A stretch of DNA of 64,000 nt from an uncultured Spirochaetota bacterium (GCA_963783575.1 CAWAOD010000013.1:1-64000); one strand, 5' to 3'; counted from the first letter of the stretch, positions 53,576 through 64,000 are shown. Notes: generated by a model from the sequence alone, not told the origin. Program-made: numbers and translations.

Positions 53576-55397
53576 ATGGACAACAAATATATTTTAGGAA
53601 TATCCGCATTTTATCATGATTCTGCCGCATGTATCATAAAAAATGGCAGCATTATCGCCGCCGCGCAGGAAGAGCGGTTTACAAGGAAAAAAGGTGACGC
53701 GGATTTTCCCATTAATGCCATTTATTATTGCTTAAAAGCTGCTGAAATCAGTATTAGTGATCTAAGCGAAATTGTTTTTTATGACAAGCCGATACTTAAA
53801 TTCGACAGAATCCTTGCTTCATATATTCATAATGCGCCAAAAGGTGTGGAATCATTTGTCCAGGCTGTTCCATTATGGTTGAAAAGCAAGCTCTGGGTTG
53901 AAGATACTATAAAAAAAGAACTTAATTTTAAAAATGATATTCTATTCACTGAACACCATCAGGCCCATGCGGCCAGCGCTTTTTTTCCATCCCCTTTTGA
54001 TAAAGCGGCAATAATCACTATTGACGGAGTGGGAGAATGGTCTACAACTACCATCGGAACAGGAATCGGCAGTAAGATATCGCTTTTTAAAAAAATCGAT
54101 TTCCCGCATTCCCTGGGACTGCTTTATTCGGCTTTTACATATTACTGCGGCTTCCGTGTAAATTCCGGAGAATACAAACTTATGGGTCTGGCTCCTTATG
54201 GAAAGCCGGTATATCTTGATATCATTAAAAAAGAGATAATTACAATCAATTCTGACGGTTCTTATGTCTTAAACGAAAACTATTTCAACTATATTTCCGG
54301 CTTAAAAATGATAAACAGCCGGTTTGAAAAGCTTTTCGGGCATAAATCGCTCAAACCGGATCAAAAGCCCGGCCAGTTTTATATGGATATTGCGGCTTCC
54401 ATACAGAAGCTTTTTGATGAAATACTTGTCAGGATAGCAGTCGAGGCTAAAAGACTTACCGGGCTGGAAAACCTCTGCATAGCCGGCGGCGTCGGGTTGA
54501 ACTGCGTTTCAAACAGCGCCATCCTTAAAGAGTCTGGCTTTTCCGGCATATGGGTACAGCCTGCCGCGGGAGACGCCGGAGGAGACTCTTGGCGCATCTC
54601 TTTACGTATATTATCAATACTTAAATAATGAAAGAGTAACGGACGGTAAAACCGATTTTATGGAGGGGGCTTATTTAGGTCCTTCATTTGATAATAATGA
54701 AATCAAGGACGCACTGGACAGGCTGGGAGCGGTTTATCATAATACTCCAGCGGATGAGCTTTTAAAAATAATAGCCGCAGCCATATCATCAGAAAAGGTA
54801 ATCGGATGGTTTCAGGGGAGAATGGAGTTCGGGCCGAGGGCGCTCGGGAATCGTTCGATTTTAGGTGACGCCAGGTCTGAAAAAATGCAGTCAATGATGA
54901 ACCTTAAAATCAAGTTTCGCGAATCCTTCAGGCCGTTCGCTCCATCCGTTATGGAAGAAAAATCAACTGAATATTTTGATATCGACAGGCCTTCGCCTTA
55001 TATGCTTCTGACTGCACAGGTTAAAAGCGGCAAACTTGTAAAAGCAGATACCGATGGCAAAACCGGTATGGAATTACTTAAATTAAAACGGTCGGTAGTC
55101 CCCGCGATAACTCATGTTGATAATTCCGCGAGGCTGCAGACCGTTTCGGAAAAAACCAATCCATTGTTTTATAAATTGCTGAAAGAGTTTGAAAGTAAAA
55201 CAGGTTGTCCGCTTATCATAAATACATCGTTCAATGTACGCGGCGAACCGATCATCTGCAACCCTGTTGACGCATATAACTGCTTTATGGGAACCGGGAT
55301 AGATCTTCTGGCGATTGGTGACTTCATATTATATAAAGAAGAACAACCAAAAAATCCGGAGTTGAAGAAATGGAAAAAAAGCCTGATAAAGGATTGA
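53576..55397 (+). CDS. NodU/CmcH-family carbamoyltransferase, split by a 1-nt frameshift
   Basis: GISAFYHDSAA, EHHQAHAAS, GEYKLMGLA, GGVGLN, AGDAGG(AL G) restored by deleting one base near 54585, EFGPRALG.RS, NTSFN. Confidence 0.92.
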
Positions 55398-55786
55398 AAT
55401 TCAGGGAAACAAAAAAAATAAAAACGTTCGGCTATTATTTCGCACTGGGAATGGCATTACTTACATTAATCGGTTTATGGAAAAGCTTTAACCGGTGGAT
55501 TATTCTATTTACTATTATTATATGTATATACCATGCCGTCTGCGCATTATTTTTTTACAGACTTTTAACTCCCACTTACCGGTTTATAAATTTTATTGGG
55601 AAAATTGCCGGTAATTTTCTTACTTTAGTTATATTTAGCGTAATATACTATGTTTTATTCACACCGGTTGCGTTATTAATAAGGCTGGCCGGAAAGGATG
55701 TCATCAGGAATAATTCTATCATACCTCAATGGAATGACATTCCGGCTTCGGAGAATGATCCGGAAAGGATTAAAAAGCTTTTCTGA
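55370..55786 (+). CDS. SxtJ-like membrane protein
   Basis: TM helices, YYVLFTP..LIRLAGKD; adjacent to carbamoyltransferase. Confidence 0.75.
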   Translation: MEKKPDKGLKFRETKKIKTFGYYFALGMALLTLIGLWKSFNRWIILFTIIICIYHAVCALFFYRLLTPTYRFINFIGKIAGNFLTLVIFSVIYYVLFTPVALLIRLAGKDVIRNNSIIPQWNDIPASENDPERIKKLF

Positions 55787-55790
55787 AATA

Positions 55791-57615
55791 TTAATATAAA
55801 GGCTTGCCGTATTTACTGTTAAGTTCATCGATCAGATCATTACGCTTCAAAGTCGCGAAATTGTTTGTCATATCTTCATAAATTATGCGATTCTTTTCTG
55901 ACAACAGATAGGCAAACAGATAGTTTTTTTTGGACTCTTCAAAATTCTTTTCAATACTTTCCTCAAATTTGGCCTTTACATCATAAACATAATACATTCC
56001 AGGATATACAAATGTTCCGGAATCAAAATAATTTCGCGCGGAATTCGTATCATCTTTTTCAAGAAAATAATTTCCGAAAACGACAGGATCGACAAATTTA
56101 ATACCGGAATTATTAAAAATATTTATCAAACCCTTATCCATTTTATCAAGCGTGCCTAAATCACGGTTTATGTCAAAATCAAATTTGATCATCATACTGC
56201 TGAAGGGAGACTCTTGATATTATACTTTTTAATTTAAGCCCTGACTCGATCCTATAAGCGGGCAAATAATAAATATCTTTATCTATCGCATTATCATCTT
56301 TAAAATAATCCAGTACTTTCTTTTTTTCATCATTTGAATATGAAAAAACATCGGCAATATTGTCTGATATAATCCTTGCGATAATTCTCTGGCCATGCTG
56401 ATTGAAGTGAAGCTGGTCTATAAAAATATCTTTTCCGAATATCGAACCGCTGTATTCCTTTTCAAGAACTTCGGCCAGCGGTATATAATGAAGATTTTTA
56501 TAAACCTCCGATTTTGAGAGGCAATAATTCTTAAGCCCTTTTTGAAGCTCGCTTCTTACCCGGAACGGAATCGAATCAAAATCTTTGGCAAGGTTAAAAA
56601 GATCAAGCCGGTTGGTGCCTTCAAGAAAACTCTCGCATCGGGCGTCGAGGTAAAGTAAATTCGCGTTGCTGTTGAACTCATTATGTTTTTTCCTTTCTGT
56701 GTAATAAGACGATATCCGTGCTCTATCTCCTGTATTTAAAATATTTATATATTTAATGATCTCTTCTGAAAATTCCCCGTCATTATTCCCGGAAAAAGGC
56801 GGCATATCCAGGAGATTGCATATCGGCCCCGCAATGATAACCGGAATATTCATTTTATTGTAAAGTCTGACAATTTTATCGATATTATGAATGAAGACTT
56901 CCGAGACCCTTTTATCAACAGTATCGTTCTTCGGTACGAATTTTTCATTAAACTGTTTTTCCATCAAGCCGTCATGACTGTTTTTAACCGGATTCATCAG
57001 GTTAAAAATAAGCTGAAAAATTTTGAATTCTTTCAATCTAACATAAAGGATTTTGGAAAGGTAATTCCCCCCGGTTGTTTCGCTGATATTTCCATAATAT
57101 TCATTGTGCCCCGCATAAATCAAAATAAAATCCGGTTCATAATTCCTGATTTTTTCAGCCACATCGCGGATATAAAAACTCGACATCGCGCTTAAACCCA
57201 GGTTTATAATCTCAACATTCTTGAATTTGCCGCCTTTTTTTAAAGCCAATTCCGCGATTTTACCGAAAGACTGGTTTGAGTTGTAAGGAAATCCCTGCGC
57301 TGATGATTCCCCGATCAAAAATCCCCTTAATGTACCCTTTGGCTTGGGGCAATAAAAAATATTCCTTATTAAGGCGTCGTTAAGCTTTAATCTGCTGTTC
57401 TGCGCATACTTTGAAAAATACTTGTCGCTTAAGGTTAGGTTTTCATAATAAAGACCTGGAATGAACCTGGCTTTAATAAAAACCCTTGTATCGACGCCAT
57501 AACCTGTCAGGTTCAGGGTTAATTCCAGCAAAAAGAACGGCAGTAGTACAATTATTATAAAAATAATAAAAAATATAAAATTTTTCAGCGGTTTTTTTTC
57601 GTTTTTACCATCCAT
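55791..57615 (-). CDS. membrane-anchored SGNH/GDSL hydrolase-like protein with TPR-like tail, frameshifted near 56205
   Basis: LLELTL..GYG, GESSAQGFPY, INLG, YAGHNEYYG, FIDQLHFN; downstream 134-aa ORF continues in another frame. Confidence 0.72.
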
Positions 57616-57762
57616 AAAACCCCCGGATAAAACAAACCGATAAATATTAAGGCTGTATAAAAAGAATGTCAAGAATGAAAAAATCTCAACGGCAGTATTG
57701 ATCGCTTGTTTATAATTAAGCTTCCTTCTATAATAATAGTCAAAAATACGATGAGGAAAAAA

Positions 57763-59079
57763 ATGCTATCGAAAAATAAAAACTTTGAGCTTGTTTCTCC
57801 GGCCGGGAGTTTTGAAAAAATGCAATTCGCGTTTGAATACGGAGCAGACGCGGTATATCTTGGGGCAAAATCCTTTTCACTCCGTGAAGGAGCGGCGAAT
57901 TTTACTCTTGAAGAATTAACCGGAGCGGTTGAAACCGCCCATTTAAAAAATAAAAAAGTTTTCATTGCTCTGAATATTTTTTTTCATAACAGGCATTTAG
58001 AGGCCTTGAAGAATTTTATGAAAGAAATTAAAGACATACCCGCGGACGGCCTGATCATTTCCGACATAGGGGCAATTTCTTACATCAGGGAAAAGTATCC
58101 TCATTTCCCTGTCCATGTAAGTACGCAGGCAAATACGACAAACAGCTTTAGTGTAAAATTTTATGAAAAGCTCGGCGTGAAGAGGGTCATTCTGGCAAGG
58201 GAACTCTCGATCGATGAAATCAAGGAAATCAGGGATTCAATATCGCTTGAGCTTGAAACATTCGTTCATGGTGCAATGTGTATAGCTTACTCCGGAAGGT
58301 GCCTGCTTTCAAATTACTTTACAAATTCATCTTTATACAGGAAGGGTGAGAAAATCGGCAGTATGAAGAAACTGAAAACAAGGGACGCGAATCTGGGCGA
58401 TTGCTCCCAGAGCTGCCGCTGGGACTATTATCTTGTAGAATCCACAAGGATGAATGATTTTATACCTGTTGAGGAAAATGAGAACGGAACATCTATTCTT
58501 AGTTCCAAAGATCTCAATCTTTCATCCCATATGAAAGAATTGATGGAAGCCGGTATAGACGCCTTTAAAATAGAAGGCCGGATGAAGAGTATTTATTATG
58601 TCTCAAATGTAACAAGGGTTTACAGAAACATTATTGATAAAATTAAAACCGGCAAAGAGATTGACACTTTTGATGCCACGGAACTTGATAAAGTCAAGGA
58701 ACTTGATAAAGTCAAGGAACTTGATAAAGTGAGCCACAGGGAATACACAACAGGATTTTATTTCGGTGAGAATACGGCGCTGAATTCAACAAAAACCAGC
58801 AGGTACATCAGGGATTATAACTTTCTGGGTTATGTAAAAGAAATTATAATGCCGGGCCGTGCACTTGTTCGAGCAATGAATCAAATACTTCCGGGAAAAC
58901 CCCTTGAAATAATTACGCCCGATTACCGTGATTTTATCATGAATAAATACAGCCTGATTCATGAAAATGATAAGGTTGATAAAATTCAGCCGAATGAAGA
59001 ATTTATTCTTGAATGGAATGATAAGACTATTTTAAAGAAATACGATATTTTAAGAAGGAAATGCGAATCAGCCTGTTAG
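57763..59079 (+). CDS. U32-family peptidase-like protein (TrhP/RlhA-type hydroxylase)
   Basis: ELVSPAG, GADAVY, HVSTQAN, LARE, VHGAMC.AYSGRC, CSQSCR, FKIEGRMKS. Confidence 0.9.
   Translation: MLSKNKNFELVSPAGSFEKMQFAFEYGADAVYLGAKSFSLREGAANFTLEELTGAVETAHLKNKKVFIALNIFFHNRHLEALKNFMKEIKDIPADGLIISDIGAISYIREKYPHFPVHVSTQANTTNSFSVKFYEKLGVKRVILARELSIDEIKEIRDSISLELETFVHGAMCIAYSGRCLLSNYFTNSSLYRKGEKIGSMKKLKTRDANLGDCSQSCRWDYYLVESTRMNDFIPVEENENGTSILSSKDLNLSSHMKELMEAGIDAFKIEGRMKSIYYVSNVTRVYRNIIDKIKTGKEIDTFDATELDKVKELDKVKELDKVSHREYTTGFYFGENTALNSTKTSRYIRDYNFLGYVKEIIMPGRALVRAMNQILPGKPLEIITPDYRDFIMNKYSLIHENDKVDKIQPNEEFILEWNDKTILKKYDILRRKCESAC
58680..58730 (+). repeat. 18-bp in-frame tandem repeat (ELDKVK x2.8)
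   Basis: GGAACTTGATAAAGTCAA x2 plus GGAACTTGATAAAGT. Confidence 0.9.
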
Positions 59080-59135
59080 TCGGTTTCAATTTATTGTAGC
59101 AAAACTGGTTTGACCGACTAACCGGCTTACCAGCT
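59075..59135. repeat. octamer (TTAGTCRG)-based inverted repeat, copy 3
   Basis: GTTAGTCGGT..ACCGACTAAC perfect 10-bp IR; overlaps the U32 stop codon. Confidence 0.6.
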
Positions 59136-59268
59136 GAATTCTTGCATAAATTAAACCAGAATTCTAAAATGAAACAATGTCATAAAGAATACAATGTTGT
59201 CATTCTTCGTCCATTCGGCATCCCCGGCTGGAATGATTTTATTAATTGACCGGTTTAAGGAAGAAAAT

Positions 59269-61656
59269 ATGGATCAAAAAAAATTCCAGAATGAGAATAA
59301 ACTTCTGGGCATACTTTCACATCAGCTCAAATCACCGATAAATTCCATTGAAAGCATTCTGAAAGTTATAGTTGACGGATTTACCGGTGAAATCGATGAA
59401 AAAACCCTGTATTTCATTCAGAAGGCAATAAACAAGACCACTGATGCCAGAAATATTATCACAGATATGATAAATTATGAAAAATTATCAACAATGAATG
59501 AAATTATAATGGAAGAAATTGAAATAATAAATTTCATTCATTCGCTTTGCAGAAAATATTCTTTCCAGGCATCGGAAAAAAATATCCTGATCTCAACAGG
59601 CATACCTGAAAATATTAATATATATATTCAGGCTGAACCGGTAAGCCTCGGGATAGCTTTCGGCAACCTTATCGATAACGCCATCAAATATACGCCGAAC
59701 AATGGTAAAATAACAATTTCCATACATATTAACCAGGAAGCAAAAAAATGCCTGGTTATGATCTCCGACTCAGGCTATGGGATTAATCAGGAAGACATAC
59801 CAAAAATATTTGACCCTTTTTTCAGATCGCCCGGGCAAAAGTCGGCTATATCCGGAACCGGTTTGGGTTTGTCTATCGTTAAAAAGGTTATTGAAAAGCA
59901 TAATTTTGAGATAACAGTCGAATCAAGGGAAAATGCAGGGACATCATTTACGGTTACAATCCCCGGAATTAAAATCAAGCAGTATAAAAACCACAAAGCC
60001 AGGGACGGTAAAAAGATTGTCATAATCGGCGGAGTAACGGCAGGGCCTAAAGCTGCGGCAAGATTGAGGCGCCTGGACGAGAGCCTGGACATAACCATTA
60101 TTGAAAAAAGCGAATTTCTATCCTATGCCGGCTGCGGATTACCAGCCTTTATCAGCGGTAAAGTAAACTCGCCGAAGGAACTTATGTCGACATCAGATAA
60201 TACATTGAGGGACGTTAATTTTTTCGAATCGATAAAGAACATAAAGGTATTGAATCAGACAGAAGCGATTGAAATAAACAGGGAAAAGAAAACCGTCGGC
60301 ATTAAAGATTTAGTCAATCAGGTTAAGCATGAAGTCGATTACGATATTCTCATACTGGCTACAGGATCATCATGTTTATATCCTGATATACCGGGAATAA
60401 GGCAGGAAGGGATTTATTCCCTGCATAGCATTGAAGAAGCAAAAAAAATAAAAGAGGAACTGCATCAAAAGCGGGCGATGGATATCATAATAATCGGGGG
60501 CGGATTAATAGGCATTGAAGTTGCAGAATCCATTATGCTTACCGGGGCAAGGGTGACAATACTTGAAAAAAGCGATCAGATACTGAGAATTTTCGATAAG
60601 GAAATATCAAAAAAAATCGAACATGAACTCAACAAAAAGGGCATCAAGGTTTACTTAAGTACATTAATAAAAGAAATCCAAAAAACTGAAAAAAATTTTA
60701 TTATAAAAACTGAAGAAAATGATTTTGTCGCAGATATGATAATCCTTGCCTCGGGGGTCAAGCCGAACACGGCCCTAGCTGAAAAATCAGGTCTGGAGCT
60801 GGGACAGTTCGGCGGCCTGAAGATTAATGAGTATTTTCAGACATCCGATAAGAATATCTACGCAATCGGTGACTGCATAGAAAGCTGCAATGTTATATCC
60901 GGAAAACCTATTCTTTGGCCGCTCGGATCGGTATCGACAAAAATGGGAAGGATCGTTGCGGATAATATTTGCGGTAAAAAGGTTAAATTTAAGGGCCATG
61001 CCGCCACAGCGATGTTTAAGCTGTTTGATTTTAATATCGCAAGGACCGGCTTGAGTCTCCAGGATGCTGTGAACAGCGGCTATGATGTCGAATCCATTGT
61101 TGTCAGCGGGCTCGATTGTTCGCATTACTGCGGCGAGGCTCAGGAAATCACATTAAAGCTGCTTGTTGACAGAAAAACAGAAGCGATACTCGGCGCCCAG
61201 GGATATGGAAGGGGCAATATAGTTGAAAGAATTGAAATGCTTGCTTTTGCCGTGACACAGGGCTTGAAATTAAACGATGTTTACCAGGTTGACCTCGGTT
61301 ATTATCCATATTATAACAACCCGATAGATCTGATTCAAACGGCTTGCATAGCTCTTAAAAATAAAATAGACGGCCTGTACAGAACCATAACCTGTGAAAC
61401 GGTTGAAGCTGGCAGGAACGGCTATAAATTCATTGACGTTAGCCCGGCTTCGGAAAACCACATACTTTATATGTCGAACAGCATCAACATACCGCTTGAA
61501 AATATCCGCGAGGAAAAAATACCATATAAGTGTGAAGATCAGATCGTCCTATTCAGCAGAACATCAGCACGGGCTTATGAGGCTTACCGTTATCTTGTAT
61601 CAAAGGGATTTCAAAATATTTTCGTCCTCGAGGGCGGGTATTTGTTTTATAAATAA
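59269..61656 (+). CDS. histidine kinase (HisKA-HATPase) fused to CoA-disulfide reductase-like flavoprotein and rhodanese domain
   Basis: SHQLKSP H-box, NLIDNAIKY, DSGYGI, IFDPFF, GTGLGL; then IIGGVTAG..SYAGCGLP, GGGLIG.E, IYAIGDC; C-terminal LEGG rhodanese; single ORF. Confidence 0.88.
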   Translation: MDQKKFQNENKLLGILSHQLKSPINSIESILKVIVDGFTGEIDEKTLYFIQKAINKTTDARNIITDMINYEKLSTMNEIIMEEIEIINFIHSLCRKYSFQASEKNILISTGIPENINIYIQAEPVSLGIAFGNLIDNAIKYTPNNGKITISIHINQEAKKCLVMISDSGYGINQEDIPKIFDPFFRSPGQKSAISGTGLGLSIVKKVIEKHNFEITVESRENAGTSFTVTIPGIKIKQYKNHKARDGKKIVIIGGVTAGPKAAARLRRLDESLDITIIEKSEFLSYAGCGLPAFISGKVNSPKELMSTSDNTLRDVNFFESIKNIKVLNQTEAIEINREKKTVGIKDLVNQVKHEVDYDILILATGSSCLYPDIPGIRQEGIYSLHSIEEAKKIKEELHQKRAMDIIIIGGGLIGIEVAESIMLTGARVTILEKSDQILRIFDKEISKKIEHELNKKGIKVYLSTLIKEIQKTEKNFIIKTEENDFVADMIILASGVKPNTALAEKSGLELGQFGGLKINEYFQTSDKNIYAIGDCIESCNVISGKPILWPLGSVSTKMGRIVADNICGKKVKFKGHAATAMFKLFDFNIARTGLSLQDAVNSGYDVESIVVSGLDCSHYCGEAQEITLKLLVDRKTEAILGAQGYGRGNIVERIEMLAFAVTQGLKLNDVYQVDLGYYPYYNNPIDLIQTACIALKNKIDGLYRTITCETVEAGRNGYKFIDVSPASENHILYMSNSINIPLENIREEKIPYKCEDQIVLFSRTSARAYEAYRYLVSKGFQNIFVLEGGYLFYK

Positions 61657-61771
61657 ATTAAATCAAATAATGAAGATCTTTGGGGTTAAATTTGATATCC
61701 GGGGAAAAAATTAGCAGCAAATATTAAGCCGAATATTGAGAAGGAAAAAGCAAATAATTAGATTAAAAGAT

Positions 61772-62401
61772 CTACTTACCGCTTTTCAGAAGAAGATTTG
61801 CCGCACTTGCAAGCCTTTGATTAAAATCCGGACTGAACATATGCCTTTTGGACATAGTTATCAAATACGAAGCCGAAGACTTAGAATTATGCTTTAATAT
61901 GGCAATAAAAAGAGTTTCTGCTATGGTTTCGTCTGTAATCTGGGTTGTTAAATTGTTCAAAGCCGTTAATCCTTCAGGCGATGGATGGATTTCTCCGAGT
62001 GCCTGTATCAGCGCTTTTTGACCTTCTTTATCGGTAATATCTTTTAAGTAACTGGCAATCTCTATCGCGTCCTGATTGTTGCCGATTTGCCCCATAGTCC
62101 ATACAGATATAAGAAAGATATCTTTCAGTTGATTTATCCTTTTTTTCCCCTGATTGGCGATCGGATTGGACTGCGCCATTAAGCCGAAGATTTCTTGCCT
62201 GGCGTTTGTAAGCTTTAATTCTCCGATTCTTTTGATTCCTCCGTAAACCATATCCAAATCATCGGATATAAAAGACTCCACTATCTGGTCATAATTTGAG
62301 GCATCCATTGACTTAAAATATTCATCATAGGTAGTTATTTTAGAATATGAAGCTGTAACGGCAAAAACCATTATTACCAGGACAGTTATCAAATATTTCA
62401 C
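61772..62401 (-). CDS. secreted HEAT-repeat-like protein
   Basis: signal peptide; IKRIGEL, WTMGQIG, IQALGEI repeats. Confidence 0.65.
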   Translation of the reverse strand: MKYLITVLVIMVFAVTASYSKITTYDEYFKSMDASNYDQIVESFISDDLDMVYGGIKRIGELKLTNARQEIFGLMAQSNPIANQGKKRINQLKDIFLISVWTMGQIGNNQDAIEIASYLKDITDKEGQKALIQALGEIHPSPEGLTALNNLTTQITDETIAETLFIAILKHNSKSSASYLITMSKRHMFSPDFNQRLASAANLLLKSGK

Positions 62402-62451
62402 ACTTGTACTCCTTTATTTAAATTATATTATATTGCTCCAATTAAATGATC

Positions 62452-62832
62452 CTAATCGATTAAATTCTCAACCCTTTCTATAAATTGCTTGGGCTGAATG
62501 GGTTTGATAACATACTCATCCACTGGAAGCCAGTCCTCATCGCCCGCGGTCGATTTGAAATCTATATTGGTTTCATTATCCACATTCGTGAGCATAAGTA
62601 TTTTTATTTTTTCAAATTTTGCGTTATTTTTCAGTTCCCTAGCCATCTCGAACCCGGCGTTGCTGTTTTCCATCATTACATCCAGTATGACAAGATCGGG
62701 TATAAATTTTTCCAGTACCTGAAAACCTTCTTTCCTGGAACCGGCTTCTTTAATATCATATTTGCCGGAAAATATCACGGTCAATAACTCCCTCTGGTCC
62801 GGATCGTCATCTATGATTAATATTTTTTTCAT
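62452..62832 (-). CDS. single-domain response regulator
   Basis: ILIIDDD, PDLVILDVMM, LMLT, KP. Confidence 0.92.
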   Translation of the reverse strand: MKKILIIDDDPDQRELLTVIFSGKYDIKEAGSRKEGFQVLEKFIPDLVILDVMMENSNAGFEMARELKNNAKFEKIKILMLTNVDNETNIDFKSTAGDEDWLPVDEYVIKPIQPKQFIERVENLID

Positions 62833-63323
62833 AATTCCTCCAAAATACTATTCGCATCATTTGAGAATTTTAACCTAAGGACAGGAATTTTGCAAAAAAA
62901 CTCAAAATATTAATTCTCTATTATGCTATATTTTGCATATTTTTTTAGAGTATTCTAAAATAAATCATAGAGTAATATGTTTTGAAGCATAATTTTAAAT
63001 TATACTGCTTAGATTATTTTTGTGGTTAATTTTTAACCGGAATCAAAGAACACAATGATCTACGGTAAAAATTCGGGGGTGGAAAGACCGATTGTTAAAT
63101 GTTAAAATTTATTAAATATGATTGATGATAACCGTTTCCTGAATCGTCATTTCAACATCCATAACCTGAAAAATCAAATCAAATTAAAAAACGCTGAATC
63201 TTTTTCTATAAAAGAAGCATTAATACATATAGAAAGATCGTTTTAATTTTTACAAACCCCGGGGTATAAGTCCTGCCGATCATCTTTTACTTAAAACCGG
63301 CGGGGATACATAAGGATAATTAA

Positions 63324-64000
63324 ATGAAAGAAGCAATGACCATATGTTCGTTTTGCGGCTGCGGATGCAGCATGTATATGGCAAGCGAAGACAATTCCAT
63401 CACTAAAATCATTCCGGCATTGTCAAATCCTGTCAACCGCGGAAGCCTCTGCATAAAAGGCTGGCATATAAGCGAAGCCTATATCAATCAAAATAGAATT
63501 ACAAAGCCTCTGATCAAAACTAACGGAGAATTCAAAGAAGCGGGTTATGATGAAGCATTGAATCTGATTGCCGATAAATTCTCTTTTTATAAGAAATCTC
63601 AGAATTCAATCGGGGTAATCGGCTCCGCTAAAACTACAAACGAAGAGAATTATCTATTAAACCGCCTTGCCCGTCAGGCATTGGAAACAAACTCAATCGA
63701 CAGCTCTTTCACTCTGCACTATCACTCTCTTTTGGAAAATATCAACGGATTAAATCTAACCATCGGCATGGAAGATATCGAAAACGCGGATTTTATCATC
63801 GTTATCGGTTCGAACCTTCATACCGAAGCGCCTCAGGTTATAAAAAAAGTTTTGAAGGCTTCCGATAAAGGCGCGAAAATCGCGGTGATAGGTTTTCTTT
63901 CAGTTCCTCTTGCGGAAGTATCCGATTACTCGATCCCGATTAATCCGGCTGAGATATCTCAATTCCTGCAGAACTTTAAGGATATATTAAATTCCCCCGG
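63324..64000 (+). CDS. FdhF-like molybdopterin oxidoreductase family protein (partial, runs off window; absent from ORF track)
   Basis: TICSFCGCGC..NRGSLCIKG 4Fe-4S motif, RITKPL, SAKTTNEENY, IENADFIIVIGSN. Confidence 0.88.
   Translation, partial: MKEAMTICSFCGCGCSMYMASEDNSITKIIPALSNPVNRGSLCIKGWHISEAYINQNRITKPLIKTNGEFKEAGYDEALNLIADKFSFYKKSQNSIGVIGSAKTTNEENYLLNRLARQALETNSIDSSFTLHYHSLLENINGLNLTIGMEDIENADFIIVIGSNLHTEAPQVIKKVLKASDKGAKIAVIGFLSVPLAEVSDYSIPINPAEISQFLQNFKDILNSP

Noticed and set aside
53411..55786. Saxitoxin biosynthesis cluster
   Set aside because: Only sxtI/J/K-like genes are present; no sxtA/sxtG or other core genes.
62833..63323. Moco/tungsten riboswitch upstream of the FdhF-like gene
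   Set aside because: Some GC-rich patches exist, but I could not match the consensus structure.
63324..64000. Selenocysteine recoding
   Set aside because: No in-frame TGA; the equivalent position is His.

Overview
64-kb AT-rich bacterial chromosomal window, most likely from a free-living deep-branching spirochaete (Brevinematia-like). This rests on a FlaA flagellar sheath gene and a spirochaete-type 16S signature, and the placement is an inference. It holds one complete rRNA operon (16S-tRNAIle-tRNAAla-23S-5S) plus tRNA-Gly, and housekeeping genes (mraY, galM, pyrK, pyrF, thyX, pyk, def-fmt-PASTA-rpe, holA, ilvBNC, glgX, hisIE, rsmE). It also carries c-di-GMP genes (REC-GAF-GGDEF, two tandem HD-GYP), a PadR/ABC accessory block and an SxtIJK-like carbamoyltransferase module. 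I found no CRISPR array, prophage or transposase. Most notable: (1) an APC amino-acid permease fused to a degenerate P-II domain, followed by two more P-II genes, behind a sigma54-type promoter; (2) a sensor-less histidine kinase core fused to a CoA-disulfide-reductase/rhodanese enzyme, near a single-domain response regulator and an FdhF-like gene lacking the Mo-ligand Cys/Sec; (3) two candidate structured sRNAs; (4) several families of small palindromic or MITE-like elements, one inserted in-frame in pyruvate kinase. Six single-base frameshifts in two clusters are probably assembly errors. All calls come from reading the sequence by eye; no database searches were run.
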